This document shows positions 174,246-188,544 of a stretch of DNA of 248,000 nt, piece after piece. The notes beneath the pieces were generated by a model, which did not search any database, was not told where the DNA came from, and worked only from the letters and a program-made list of their open reading frames with translations. Both the position numbers and the translations under genes were made by a program. Source of the DNA: Octopus vulgaris (Eukaryota); assembly GCA_951406725.2 (NCBI GenBank), contig OX597815.1, positions 35,484,001 through 35,732,000 of the forward strand, given 5' to 3'. Positions within the stretch are counted from its first letter, which is position 1. The number at the start of each line of letters is the position of its first letter.

Positions 174246-176256
174246 ACACACACGCACACACAAATACATAAACTGAAATTAAACGTTAAATTACAAAAAA
174301 ACTTTTTTTTTTTTTTTTAGTAATTCAACTCTTGGAGTTTGTCAAACAAATTACAATTTTCGGCGGAATTCTGGTTTAAGCACCCCCATAAGCCCCCAGA
174401 ACTATTTTAGTTTTTGGAATCTACAGAAAATTTTCGCGAATTTCTATTCTAGACACAGGAATTCATACAATTATGCAAAAAAAATAATAATAATTTCTTT
174501 AACCATCAACCCAATAAACTCTTCAAATTCCACTGTTTTCGAAATTTTTAAAAATCAGGGTTTAAAATAAGGACACTCCGAATTGTTTGCTTAAATCCCA
174601 GCTGTAGACCACACTTGAGTGCATCATCGTTCAGTTTAATGATATTATAGAGAAAAGGGTATTGAAAACATCAATACATGTCGGAGTGACAAAGAAACGA
174701 GGAAGGTATCAGGTGGTCGTGAGTTGTGCTAAAGCAACAACTAAATCACCTTTAAATCACACACTTTTTTTTTTCATAATCGTATAAATTCCCGTGTGTA
174801 GAACATAAAATTCGCAAAAATTTTCTGTAGATTCCAAAACTTTTTTAAAAAAAGTTATGAGTGCTTAAGTCAGCATTCTGCCCAATTTTCATATCTCATG
174901 AGCCATATCAACTCGCAGAAATATGAATCAACCATAGAAGGGTGGATCCCACAGCGACAGTAATAGACGGGTACAAGCAGGAAACCACAATGCTACTGAC
175001 GAGTCAGCAAGCTACAAAACAGCTTGGCTTGGAAACAGGCACCAATATATCTGTGGTTTTCGACAAGCTAAAATTACCCCAAATCTGCTAACTTCAAAAG
175101 CTATTAACTTTTTATTAATTAATTTATAGGCGCAGGAGTGGCTGTGTGGTAAGAAGCTTGCTTACTAGTCACATGGTTCCGGGTTCATGCCCACTGCGTG
175201 GCACCTTGGGCGTTTTCTACTATAACCTCGGGCCGACCAAAGCCTTGTGAGTGGATTTGGTAGACGGAAACAGAAAAAAGCCCGTCGTATATATGTGTAT
175301 ATGTATATATATGTATGTATGTGTGTGTATGTTTGTGTGTCTGTGTTTGTCCCCCCAACATCGCTTGACAACCGATGCTGGTGTGTTTACGTACCCGTAA
175401 CTTAGAGGTTCGTTAAAAGAGGCCGATAGAATAAGTACTAGGCTTACAAAGAATAAGTCGTGGGATCGATTTGCTCGACTAAAGGCAGTGCTCCAGCATG
175501 GCCACAGTCACATGACTGAAACAAGTAAAAGAGTTCTGATGGAAATGAATTTCATTTCCATAATTAGCATACAAAACTAAATCAATACTCCAAATTTGAA
175601 ATCAATTGGAACAAAATTGAAGGAATTGAAAAGTGAAAGCCAAACAGAGAAGATTCGAAATGGATGATTTTGTTGCACACTTCATGAGTAATACTAGCAT
175701 TTCAAAGCAGAAAGAGCATTCACCGAAGGCGATCGCTAATCCTTCCACGAAGGCTAAACCTTTCACTACAACGGACAACGACAACATTGAGAAAGAGAAA
175801 ATTGTTGCGTGAAGTTCCCATGAAGATCGTGCCACATGACTTTGAGAGAAAAATTAAGGTTAATTGTTTTGCCGTAAAAATGTGCAGACAGAAAGAGCAC
175901 TGAGTCATAGTCAGTCGGAAGCTTTCGAAATATGATAAAAACTTTTCTGAAAATGTGAGAGAACAAATGGTGGAACGTGGGTGGATGGCTACGACGTTGA
176001 GACAAAATGACAGTCGGTCATCGACATTAGTTGGGTCATCATCGCTGTGGGGAAAGGAAAAGCTTGTCAACACAACAGCCGTTACCTCCACCGCTACCAC
176101 CATAATCACAGCCACCACCAGCAGCTCCACCGACATCATCACATCGCCACCAGTTCCACCACCATCACCATCACCACCACCACCACCACCACCACCACCA
176201 CTCGAATCACTATTAACATTATCACCAGCACCACCATCGATACCATTAAAATCAAC

Positions 176257-176290
<34 letters not shown>

Positions 176291-177014
176291 ACAGTGCCGC
176301 CACTACCACCACCATCACCACCACCACCACCACCCGAATCACAATTAACATTATCACCAGCACCACCATCGATACCATTAAAATCAACACCACCACCACC
176401 ACCACCACCATCATGATCATCAACAGTGCCGCCACTACCACCGTCATCACCAGCAAGACGAAGCATCGCAGAAGCAACTCCACAGGCTGGCATTAAATTA
176501 CTCACAGGCACGCTTCAGCACTACAAGCAGCGACACCACCAACACCACATCCTACGGTACTGCTACCAGCTCCACCAACACTATCGCCACCATGAAACAC
176601 CATAAAACACCACCACGCCTGTCACCACTTACTTGTCGGTAGGAAGCGGCGGCTCACTGTTAGGCAACGTTGGCCTTGACAGACACACCACATTGTTTGA
176701 TTATGTAAGAGGCCAGTGAATCAGATGTTTGTCACACTAACGTCACGATTGTCCTCACCACACGCACTCGTATGCGACGTATGTGGTTGGTTGTGAGCAC
176801 TTTATACACGCGCGCGCACTTCTAGGGCCTCATTGAAGCAGAACAAGTAATCTTCGAAGATAATTAAACTACGCTAGGTTCTCACAAAAGTTGACATATG
176901 TGAGAACGTACTGAATAAGTTATTTAGTTTGGAGAACACTCCTCTGTGAGATTTTTCCCTAACCACATTGTTCATGACTGAATACAGTCTGATTTGATGT
177001 GGGTGGATAATTTA

Positions 177015-177103
<89 letters not shown>

Positions 177104-178255
177104 ACACACAGAGTATACACATCACATGCGCGCACGCACACATAACATTACACACACACAGGTATTCTTTCTCAAACACAAGCATAAACTTACATAAATT
177201 GGTGCATACAAGCACCTATACACACACACACACATACACTAACATTTTCTTGTGTCCATAGAATGCATACACACCAAGACATGCCTATATGCACATATAA
177301 ATAATTATATTCACATAAGAAAAATTATATGCATAAGCTGATATTACCAGGCATTTAGTAGATAAAAACTTTCGCCAGAGAGTATTTTAATATCTAAGAA
177401 CAAGCAGGGATTACAATTCCAATAATTTGAGATAACTGAAATTTTTAGGCAATATCAATAATGTAGACGTGATCTTTAAAGCAACTTGTGAAAGTAACAG
177501 ACAGGTTTTGGTCTTATTAGACGTCCTTGGCATACCATATTCTATTCATTTTGCAAGTCTTAGACTGATTAGTATAGAGAGAAAAATACAAGGATTATAA
177601 TGATACAGTTTGGGTTGGTTACTGGAGTTCTGAATGTGTAATTCAAATACAACGGGGTCTTACATATAAAATGTAATGTTGAAAACGCAGGCATAGCCAT
177701 AGCCGTGTTGTAAGAAGTTTGCTTTCCAACCACATGGTTCTGGGTTCAGTCCCACTACAAGGCACCCTGGGCAAGTGACTTCTACTATAGATCCGGGCCG
177801 AACAAAGCCTTGCGAGTGGATTTAACGGGCTGAAACTGAAAGAACCCCAACCTCATTATGTGTATGTGTGTGTGTGTGTGTGTGTGCGTGTGTGTGTGTC
177901 TGTGTGTGTGTGTCTGTGTGTGTGTCTATGTGTGTGTGTGTGTGTGTCTGTGTATGTGTATGTGTGTGTGTGTGTGTGTGTGTGCCTTTGTGCTCTTGTT
178001 TGTCCTCCACCACCTCTTTACAACCGGTGTTGGTTTGTTTACGTCCCCCGTAATTCAGCACTTCTACAAAAGAAACTGAAAGAAAAAGCACCAAGTTTAA
178101 GAGACTTCTGGAGTCGGTTTGTTCAGTTAAACCCTTCAAGGCGATACTCCAGCATGGCCGTAATCCAATGACTTAAACAAGCGAAAGAGATGCAAGTAGT
178201 AGACAAAATCTCGTTCTCATCTCCTGTCTTTGTCATTTGTTTTTTTGTAAATTCC

Positions 178256-178317
<62 letters not shown>

Positions 178318-178749
178318 GGAGATGTACTTGCATAGCGAGTGACTTGATCTGAGATCGTGTGCTGGAACGAAAACAATTAAGCGTGGAAGGTGTTTATAAG
178401 CCATTTAAGAAACACACAAAAACCGTTAGATTCACTTCAACATTTAAATTTAATTTGTCAAAATATTTTCGTCGCTTTGAGACCGCAACCTGTTCACTGA
178501 CAAAACTTCGTTCTGCATCTCAGAGTGCAGTGAATATATTGTCGTCTAAATTACGCAAAAATGAAAATAACACGGACATCTCATTTTAACAGATGTATTT
178601 ACCAAAATTATATAAAAATATCTTGAAATACTAAAGAGTAAATTTATTCAATAAAATCACCATTGGCTTCAACCACAGCCTCTAGACCACTTCAGAATTT
178701 CCTGCAACTCCACTGGACGGTTTCCTTGTTTAAATTGGTCAATGCTGCC

Positions 178750-179290
178750 GTAATCCTTACCGACAGTTCATCATTTGTGTTACAAAAAGTTTAATTGGTC
178801 TCTCGCTCAACTGCGCTCCACACATAATAATCAAGGGAGTTGCATTCTGGGGAGTTAGGTTGCCAGATGTTAGGGGTGATGTGGTCGAAGAAATTGTCTG
178901 ACAGCCATGACTGGCTTCTCTAGTTTGTGTAGCTTGGTGCAGTGTCCTGTTGCCACTCCTCCAGGCACTTAATGTCCGCCTCGGTATTGAATCTGAGGCC
179001 GTGAGGGAAGATGAATGGAGGCATAACGTCGCCATCACTAGTGATCACTCAAAACACCATCATGTTGACTGTATGTTTGATTTTTATCACTCTCAGTACA
179101 CGCACTGTCCTCAGATCGACATCCAATCACTCTGAAATGTTCATATTGAAGCTTCCGGTGCGAATGCCAAGCAGTACAGTATGTTGTTTCCAAATTTCTG
179201 GAAGAGTTAATTTCGTCATGGTGCTGTTTTTCTCACAGACAGTCCAACTGACCCTACTATACTGTGTAGTCAACAAAATCAAAAGCTAAC
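178750..179290 (-). mobile_element. Tc1/mariner-group transposase fragment
   Basis: Frameshifted WxPNSPECNPLDYYVWS-type motif; similar fragments near 147250 and 227940. Confidence 0.55.
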
Positions 179291-180288
179291 AATGCGCATG
179301 CGTGAAATTAAAAATACAACAACGCGAGGACGTGGAACAAGTATAGTGTTACTGGGCGCTCATGAAAGGAAAGAAAGAAGGATTTAACGTTTCGAGCGGA
179401 GCTCTTCGTCATATATATAATGAAAGAATGGATATTACTAATGAGTGAAACGTAAACACACAAGAGATAAGTACAAGACAAAATTCCAAAAACATACGCA
179501 ATAAGTACAGGACATCACCAACGAGTGAAAAATACGTAGACACACGCGAGAAAAGTACAATGCAAAATACTAAAAGAAGATAATTCCTCATCAGTTGTCG
179601 GACTGTTTATTACTCCTATTTCATGCTTTTAATGACAATATAGGGACCTTCATAAGACAGCAGCATCCAGAAATTTAAAAAAAATTTTAATTTAAAAATT
179701 CATGGAAAGCCAGAGCTTCGAACGAATAAATAACGAAAGAGTGGACGTACAGAGTAAACAATCGACAAAGGGCTGTTAGGCCAAGACGAATCGTAATGAG
179801 TAATGCCTGGGAGAAATTTTATCAAGGAAATAGGATAACAGAAGGGAAGAAAATAGTAGAAGAGAATAATTAGAAGAGAAGAAAATAGTAGAAGAAAAAA
179901 ATTTCGAGAGTCGAGAAGAATTACATCCAACCCGATGAACGACCAGTCCAGAAAAGAAAGGGACAATAGAAATAGCCTGTAGTCACGTGTGAGTAACAGA
180001 GGTAGAGTGGAAGATGAACAAAAGAAATGATGAGGGAAAGAAACAAAAGAAGTGAGGAGAAGGGAGAAGGAACGACAGATAGTAGGGAGTGGAAGAAAGA
180101 CAGATAGGGGAAGCAAAGGTTATAGTGGGATAGAGAGAAAGAAAGAAAACAGTATGAAATCGCAGAAATTATGAATAAAAGTAAGAACTTGCTGTGGTCA
180201 AGGCTGCGTTGTTCTGTACACAATGTGTACTTTTCGTTTTATATATTCATAATTGAACGCCACGCAGTTTTGACCACAGTAAATTCTC

Positions 180289-180335
<47 letters not shown>

Positions 180336-180342
<7 letters not shown>

Positions 180343-183300
180343 GCATACCTCGTTTTACGTAACCCCGATTTACGAAACCTCAACTTTACGAATTGTTGAC
180401 GAGAAACAAAAACAAATGGTTAGTTACCATGGCAACGAGCGTCACTTCCGGCCTGGCAGCACTTGTTATCTCCAGCGATCGTCTGCAACTACTTTTTGGA
180501 TTTGAAGTGTGTCAGTGCCTGCCCGACTGGCTTCGCGCTAGCCTGCATTTTATCTTCCTTCATTCTATTCACTTCTTTATTTTTATTTTTATTTTTTACG
180601 CATTTTATTCTTTTGACTACCCTTGTGGTGGCTTCGAAAAGAAAGAATTCTGGAATGCAAAGCAAATATAAGAAGAAACGTAAAACAATTAATCTAGAAA
180701 TATAATACGGATTGATTAAACAACACGAAAAAGGTGCAACTTTTAAAGATTTATCAAAAAATTTGATATGGCTCCTTCATCTGTTTGTACCATCTTCAAG
180801 CCAAAAGAAAATTATTTCGATAAAGTTAAAGGATGTCATTCTCTAAATTCAACTTGGTTACGAAGAAGAGATAATGAAAGTTTAGTCTCACGCACAGAAA
180901 AACTTTTGACAGCTTGGATTAACGATCAAATTCATAGACGTCATATGCCACTTAGTCAGGCAATAATTGGTAGTAAAGCAATTTCACTTTTTAACTTGCT
181001 TAAGGATAAATCAGATGGATTAAATGAAGCCTTTTTAACAAGCAATGGTTGGTTCGATGGTTTCAAAAAAACAAGCAAATCTACACTTTTGCAATGGTTG
181101 GTTTGATGGTTTCAAAAAAACAAGCAAATCTACACTTTTGCAATGGTTGGTTTGATGGTTTCAAAAAAACAAGCAAATCTACACTTTTGCAATGGTTGGT
181201 TTGATGGTTTCAAAAAAACAAGCAAATCTACACTTTTGCAATGGTTGGTTTGATGGTTTCAAAAAAACAAGCAAATCTACACTTTTGCAATGGTTGGTTT
181301 GATGGTTTCAAAAAAACAAGCAAATCTACACTTTTGCAATGGTTGGTTTGATGGTTTCAAAAAAACAAGCAAATCTACACTTTTGCAATGGTTGGTTTGA
181401 TGGTTTCAAAAAAACAAGCAAATCTACACTTTTGCAATGGTTGGTTTGATGGTTTCAAAAAAACAAGCAAATCTACACTTTTGCAATGGTTGGTTTGATG
181501 GTTTCAAAAAAACAAGCAAATCTACACTTTTGCAATGGTTGGTTTGATGGTTTCAAAAAACAAGCAAATCTACACTTTTGCAATGGTTGGTTTGATGGTT
181601 TCAAAAAAACAAGCAAATCTACACTTTTGCAATGGTTGGTTCGATGGTTTCAAAAAACAAGCAAATCTACACTTTTGCAATGGTTGGTTTGATGGTTTCA
181701 AAAAAACAAGCAAATCTACACTTTTGCAATGGTTGGTTCGATGGTTTCAAAAAAACAAGCAAATCTACACTTTTGCAATGGTTGGTTTGATGGTTTCAAA
181801 AAAACAAGCAAATCTACACTTTTGCAATGGTTGGTTCGATGGTTTCAAAAAAACAAGCAAATCTACACTTTTGCAATGGTTGGTTCGATGGTTTCAAAAA
181901 ACAAGCAAATCTACACTTTTGCAATGGTTGGTTCGATGGTTTCAAAAAAACAAGCAAATCTACACTTTTGCAATGGTTGGTTTGATGGTTTCAAAAAAAC
182001 AAGCAAATCTACACTTTTGCAATGGTTGGTTCGATGGTTTCAAAAAAACAAGCAAATCTACACTTTTGCAATGGTTGGTTTGATGGTTTCAAAAAAACAA
182101 GCAAATCTACACTTTTGCAATGGTTGGTTCGATGGTTTCAAAAAAACAAGCAAATCTACACTTTTGCAATGGTTGGTTTGATGGTTTCAAAAAAACAAGC
182201 AAATCTACACTTTTGCAATGGTTGGTTCGATGGTTTCAAAAAAACAAGCAAATCTACACTTTTGCAATGGTTGGTTCGATGGTTTCAAAAAAACAAGCAA
182301 ATCTACACTTTTGCAATGGTTGGTTCGATGGTTTCAAAAAAACAAGCAAATCTACACTTTTGCAATGGTTGGTTTGATGGTTTCAAAAAAACAAGCAAAT
182401 CTACACTTTTGCAATGGTTGGTTTGATGGTTTCAAAAAAACAAGCAAATCTACACTTTTGCAATGGTTGGTTTGATGGTTTCAAAAAAACAAGCAAATCT
182501 ACACTTTTGCAATGGTTGGTTTGATGGTTTCAAAAAAACAAGCAAATCTACACTTTTGCAATGGTTGGTTTGATGGTTTCAAAAAAACAAGCAAATCTAC
182601 ACTTTGCAATGGTTGGTTTGATGGTTTCAAAAAAACAAGCAAATCTACACTTTTGCAATGGTTGGTTTGATGGTTTCAAAAAAACAAGCAAATCTACACT
182701 TTTGCAATGGTTGGTTTGATGGTTTCAAAAAAACAAGCAAATCTACACTTTTGCAATGGTTGGTTCGATGGTTTCAAAAAACAAGCAAATCTACACTTTT
182801 GCAATGGTTGGTTTGATGGTTTCAAAAAAACAAGCAAATCTACACTTTTGCAATGGTTGGTTTGATGGTTTCAAAAAAACAAGCAAATCTAAACAATGTA
182901 AAGATCCAAGGAGAATCGTCTAGCGGAGATCAAAAAGCCGCAGAAACAATTCCTCGCCAATTAGAAGATTTGGTTGAAGAAGAAGGCTGTCTCAAATATT
183001 TAATGTGGATAAAACGGGTCCATTTTGGAAACGAATGTCTTCAAGGATTTTTATTGCGAGAGAAAAATCTTCAAGGCCAGGATTCAAAGCTGCAAAAAAT
183101 GGGATAACATTGCTTCTGGGAGGAAATTTTGAAGAGGACTGCAAACTCAAGCTCATACTTAATTATCGATCTGAAAACACCCGTACTTTAGAAGGAATAG
183201 ACAAGACGAAACTTCCTATAATCTGGAAGCATAACAAAACAGTTTGGATGGCAGGAACTCTATTTGAAGATTGGTTTTCTTATCACTTTGTTCCCAAAAT

Positions 183301-184470
183301 GGAAAAAAATATTGTAAGGATAAATAATTCCTTTCAAGATTCTTTTGATAATGGATAGTGCTCCCAACCATGCTGCATTTTTAAAGCATCACCATCAAAA
183401 TATTAATGTTTTTTTTTTATACCTCCTAATACAACATCTTTATTGCAGCCTATGAATCAAGGAGTCATTTCATCGTTTAAATATTACTAATTCCTTTTCA
183501 CCTTTGAAAGACTCATCGGAGTGACTTATAAAGAAAATGGTTCTACGATTCAAGAATTTTGGAAGCGCTTCAACATCCTTGATGCAATAAAATTGATAAA
183601 GAAAGCATTGGATAAGATCGCCGTAAAGAACATGAAAGGAAATTGGAAAAATCTCTGTCCCAAATTAATTGACAATTTTGAAGGATTTGATAATCTTCAT
183701 GAAGGTCTTCAAAAAGAAACTGACACGCAAAGGAATCGAACTTAGAAATTTCACCTGAAGATATAAAAGAAGCTCTTTATGCTCACAGTGATGAAATTAC
183801 AAATGAAGAATTGCTAGAAATGAAGAAGTTTAAACGTGACAGAGAAGAAGAAGAAGAAGAAGAAGAAGAAGAAGAAGAAGAAGAAGAAGAAGAAGAAGAA
183901 GAAGAAGAAGAAGAAGAAGAAGAAGAAGAAGAAGAAGAAGAAGAAGAAGAAGAAGAAGAAGAAGAAGAAGAAGAAGAAGAAGAATGCCGGAGTGCATGAA
184001 ATCTTTGAGCAGCAAGGTGCCGATTTTGAAAGAAGCTCAACTGTTACTGCAAATTTAATGAGAGGTCATGCTTGTTATCGTGATATCTACTGTGAAATGA
184101 TGAAGAAATCTTTTCAACAAACAACTTTAGATAAGCTTTTAACGAAGAAAACTAATTCGGACCAAACAACAAAACAAAAAGAAACTCAACAAATGGAATT
184201 GACATGCTCTCAAGAGGCCCCAGTGACGTTAGACCCAATGGATACGAATTAAATTTCATGGGTTGAATATTTTGTTTTATAGGTTTTTCTATTTTTCATT
184301 CTGTAGTTTGTGATTATTTATATCTTAACCTTTTTTTTTTCAATTTTAGAAAGTTTAAGAATCAACTTCTTTAGTGGGAACTAATTAAAGGTATATTCAT
184401 TGTTTTCCATGGACGATAATACCCCAACAATACGAATTTTTGACTTTACGAATCTAGTCAGGAACGACTA
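180336..184470 (+). mobile_element. Tigger/pogo transposon remnant carrying an internal satellite
   Basis: KRKTINLEI, EKLLTAWINDQ, SNGWFDGFKK, MDKTGPFWKRM, KNGITLLLGGN, LLIMDSAPNH, LQPMNQGVISSFK. Confidence 0.9.
181044..182890 (+). repeat. 49-bp tandem array (AATGGTTGGT(T/C)GATGGTTTCAAAAAAACAAGCAAATCTACACTTTTGC)n
   Basis: About 37 highly homogeneous copies inside the Tigger coding region. Confidence 0.95.
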
Positions 184471-184485
184471 TATGTATATATGTAC

Positions 184486-184518
<33 letters not shown>

Positions 184519-184520
184519 CA

Positions 184521-187500
184521 CTAGCAGAGATACCCGGCGTTGCCCGGTTACATTCAATAGAAGAATTAGACTTTTCTGTTATATATATATATATGGATAC
184601 ACAAACACATACACACACAAATATATGTATATTAATATAAATACATGAAAGTACATGAATTTTGTTAAAAAAAAGGGGATCTTGTATATACCTCCTGGCT
184701 GTTGAGATTATAACACCTCGTTGTAAACAATGTTCCTTGTTTTTCCTTGTGGAGCATATACAAGAAGGTTTCTTTTGGTTCCTACTCTTGAGCAGCCAAC
184801 ATACAGTTGCCTATGCGAGAAGCAGGGCTCTTCCAAGAGAAGACCAGCTACAGAGAGGGTTTGACCCTGAGATTTGTTAATGGACATGGCAAAGCTGACA
184901 CGAAGGGGGAATTGCAGTCTTCTGAATGTAAATGGAATTTCTGCTCCTGATGGAGTAAGAGGAAATCTTGGAATAAAGACGTCATCACCTTTTCCACATC
185001 CAGAAAGAATGATCGCCTCGATAACGTGTGATATCATTTTCTTTATCACCAGTCGTGTTCCATTGCAAAGTCTTGGTGGTTCCAGATTGCGGAGTAGCAT
185101 TACAGGAGTTCCAACTTTAAGTGGTAATATGTGTGGAGGTAGTCGAAGAGGCTCCAGTGAATTGAGAAATTCAGGAGGATAGTTCACAACTTCATTTATA
185201 TCTGGAATTGTATCAACAGACTTGTAAGTGTGTCTAGTGCCGGGAAGAGAATGCATTAGCTGTTGATTAATTTTGTTAACAGCGACGTTTTTTGGAGCTA
185301 ATATGGCTCTTTCACACCGCCAATTGTGATTTTGGTAGTTTTGTGTGAAGTTGGGAAAGACTTTGTTTTTGAGGTCATCTACAGAATGAACAACAGAGGA
185401 AAATGACCACATGTTCCATTTGTCCTGCAGCATCGAGAGGCATCTTGCCTTCACCAAGTGTCAAAATGTCGTGTGCAAACTTTGTGGACATTTTGTCGCC
185501 TTGTAGCTGAGCTCTCATGTTAGTGGTGAGACTAAAGATTGCAACATGATGACATAGGGTAGAGGACTTTAGGCATGCTTGAACTTCATCAGCTCTAGTG
185601 CCTTTCGGAATGATAGGAAGAGTTTGCCTGAAATCACCTGACAACAGAAGCGTTACACCTCCCATTGGAGCCTGACAGTCACGGATGTCTTTCAGGGTTC
185701 TATCTAATGCTTCCAAAGCTCCCTTGTGAGCCATAGTGCACTCAGCCAGACAATTACATAACACATTTTAAGTACTTGTCCCTGATCTGAGCTTTTGTTG
185801 ATGTTGCATGAGAGGGAGTTTAAAAGTTGAGTGTGCTGTCCTGCCACCGGGTAACAAAGTAGCTGCAATGCCAGAGGAGGCTACAGCTACTGCAATGTCC
185901 TGATGCTACCTAACTTCTGCAAGGAGAAGCTTTGTAATAAATGTTTTTTCTGTCCCTCCAGGAGCACCGAGGAAGAAGATTGGTCCCTCGCGTTGGCGTA
186001 CACTGTTAAGAATAGTTCTGTAGGCCTGCAGCTGGTCCGGAAGTAATTTAGGCTCATTTTCAACAATGTACTTTGAAAGCGCTTGAGTGTCGTAGGTTGT
186101 TTCACGAATGACAGCAGTGGGAAGGCTATTTGACCTTGACCTGAATGCTTATGGCAGGCCATACGTCGACAATTCATTTCCACCCAGTTTATCAATTCTG
186201 TCTTCAACGTCAATGAGTGTTTTGTTATAGATTTCATTGCTGATACCCTCCATGTCAGGATAGAGCAGTTGAGCTTGGCGCTGAAGGGGACAATGTTTTT
186301 GAGATTCCGGTTCGAATGTAAGGCAGGATTGAAAGTGTTCCCAACAGTTATTAGTTGTAGTGGTAGAGTGTTTATGCCGAATATGTACGTATGTATATAT
186401 ATGTATGCATGCCTGTATATATGTACAAAATCCACTGAGAAGGCTTTTGATGGTCTGAAGCTACAGCAGAAGACACATGCCAAGTCACCACACAGTGGGA
186501 CCGAACCCAGGACCATGTGTTTGGAACGTAGTTTGTTACCACACAGCCACACCTGCCCCTACGTATGTGTGTGTGTGTGCGTGTGTGTTATGGGTAGATA
186601 TGTTATGCATGTATATATGTGTATATATATGTGTACATATTACATGTACATCTATATATATACATCTACACATAAAATACAAAATACAAAGTTATATCAT
186701 GATATCGCTAGTGATAACAATACTCAAAATATATAACAGACTGGAATTGTAGGCCCGTCTCTTGCAATTTCGATCAATTGGATCTTGTCCTCCCTCTTGT
186801 ATAGAAGTGTACGGCTGCAGCGAAATTCAATTTTGGACTTTCTTCTTTCGAAGGCATTTTAACAAAAATGCTTCCGTAAAGACAGTGAAAATATTGTCAA
186901 TTACCCCAAACAGGGACATAATTCAATTTTTAAACAATAACCAAAGCCCCTTCTCCGAAAGGGGGAGGGTTACGGTTTACAATTATTTAACAAATGCAAC
187001 ACAACAACGTTTCCCTGACGAGGAACCAACAAACGTGATTACAATAGTCAAACAGTAATAATAATAACAACAAACCTTTTTAATTTATCCCCATTTATGT
187101 GAAACCGCTTATTCAAGTTCAAGTCATTGATGCAATTTTATACGAATTGCTAATACACACACACACACACACACACACACATAATAAGAGTGAAAAATTG
187201 AATATTAATTTGATTAATATGAATTGAAAACCAGTGGTGTAGCATATAAGACCATAGCGGATCTTCCTCTAGCAAAAAGGATGACAACTATTAATGGCTC
187301 ATCCCTGTTATATAATACTTTCACTTTAATAGTTTCACACTTGCAAAGAGAAAGTGTGGTGGTAATAGCAGGAGTAAACCACTTGAAATGAGAGAGGCAA
187401 ATCGTAAAATATTGAGTTTTCTTGAATTTTTGCTTAATTGAGGGTCAAACTGAAAAAATTTATATGCCATGACCCAATCGAATCTACTTCGAAAAATCAT

Positions 187501-187593
187501 AGGTAAATTCCAATTGAAAAAAATCTATATTGTAGAATTGTATTAAAAAGGAACATGGGAACAGGCAGAGAAAATCTGCCTTTTATCATAAGA
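184521..187593 (-). mobile_element. Internally deleted Helitron carrying a PIF1-family helicase remnant
   Basis: 3' hairpin plus CTAG at 184521; FLGAPGGTEKTF (Walker A), LLSGDFRQTLPI, LKVGTPVMLLRNL, FAMSINKSQGQTL; putative 5' TC end at ~187593; no HUH/Rep domain seen. Confidence 0.88.
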
Positions 187594-187658
187594 TATATAT
187601 ATATATATATACACACACACACGCACATACACACATATATATATACATATAGACAGAC

Positions 187659-187741
<83 letters not shown>

Positions 187742-188486
187742 GCATGTCTGACAGTCTTTAAAACATGAAATTGCCTCTATACGGTCACTCCAGTTAGATT
187801 AAGTCACTTTTGTTTTCCTTATATCACAATTTTTTATATCATTTATATCATTATATCATTTTTTGAATATACCTATTTATTGAATAATGCTTCTAGTAAT
187901 ATATTAAACGGTCATAGTCATGCCTTTTGCATCCTGCTCACTCAGAACCGACCTTGAACTAAACCACAAAACCAACGTCATAGGTAAACCATTAAGTGCA
188001 AAGTAACAATGCATTGCTATAAGTCTTTCCGTATCTACTCAGAATCCGGAACTCTTACACGGAACTTAGCTAATCGTACTCCATGAACTATTTAGATTTC
188101 TTTTAAGTTTTTTCTTTTTAGTTATTATTAAAGTATCAGATTTATTGTTATCATTGTTTAAAAAGAATATTATGTTTAGAGAATCATGCAAAGTATTCTT
188201 ATGTACATTAAAGTACACTAGGATATAGTTTTATTTGTCGTTTCTTTGTTTCCGAATTTTCCATCAAAACCCCGTTTTCAAAGAGAAGGTGTAACTGTGT
188301 CGTTAGAAGTTTGTTTCCTTACCACATGGTTCCAGATTCAGTTCCACTGCATGGTGCTTTGGGCAAGTGTCTTCTACTATAGCCCCGGCCGATCGCAACA
188401 ACATAGCAAAAAAAAAAACAAGAACAACAACGGGTGTCTTTCGACTAATATGGACAAGCAAAACTGAGCTGGCGTGTAAAGTAGAA

Positions 188487-188544
<58 letters not shown>

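Noticed and set aside
175720-176511. 263-aa Gly/Asp-rich ORF and the opposite-strand Pro-rich ORF
   Set aside because: (CAC)n/(CAT)n low-complexity sequence with an internal duplication; no domain or splice support.
181044-182890. CRISPR array or repeat protein from the 49-bp array
   Set aside because: No spacers; the unit is not a multiple of three and derives from Tigger coding sequence.
183783-184252. Poly-Glu, poly-Lys and poly-Ser ORFs
   Set aside because: (GAA)n expansion within the dead Tigger element.
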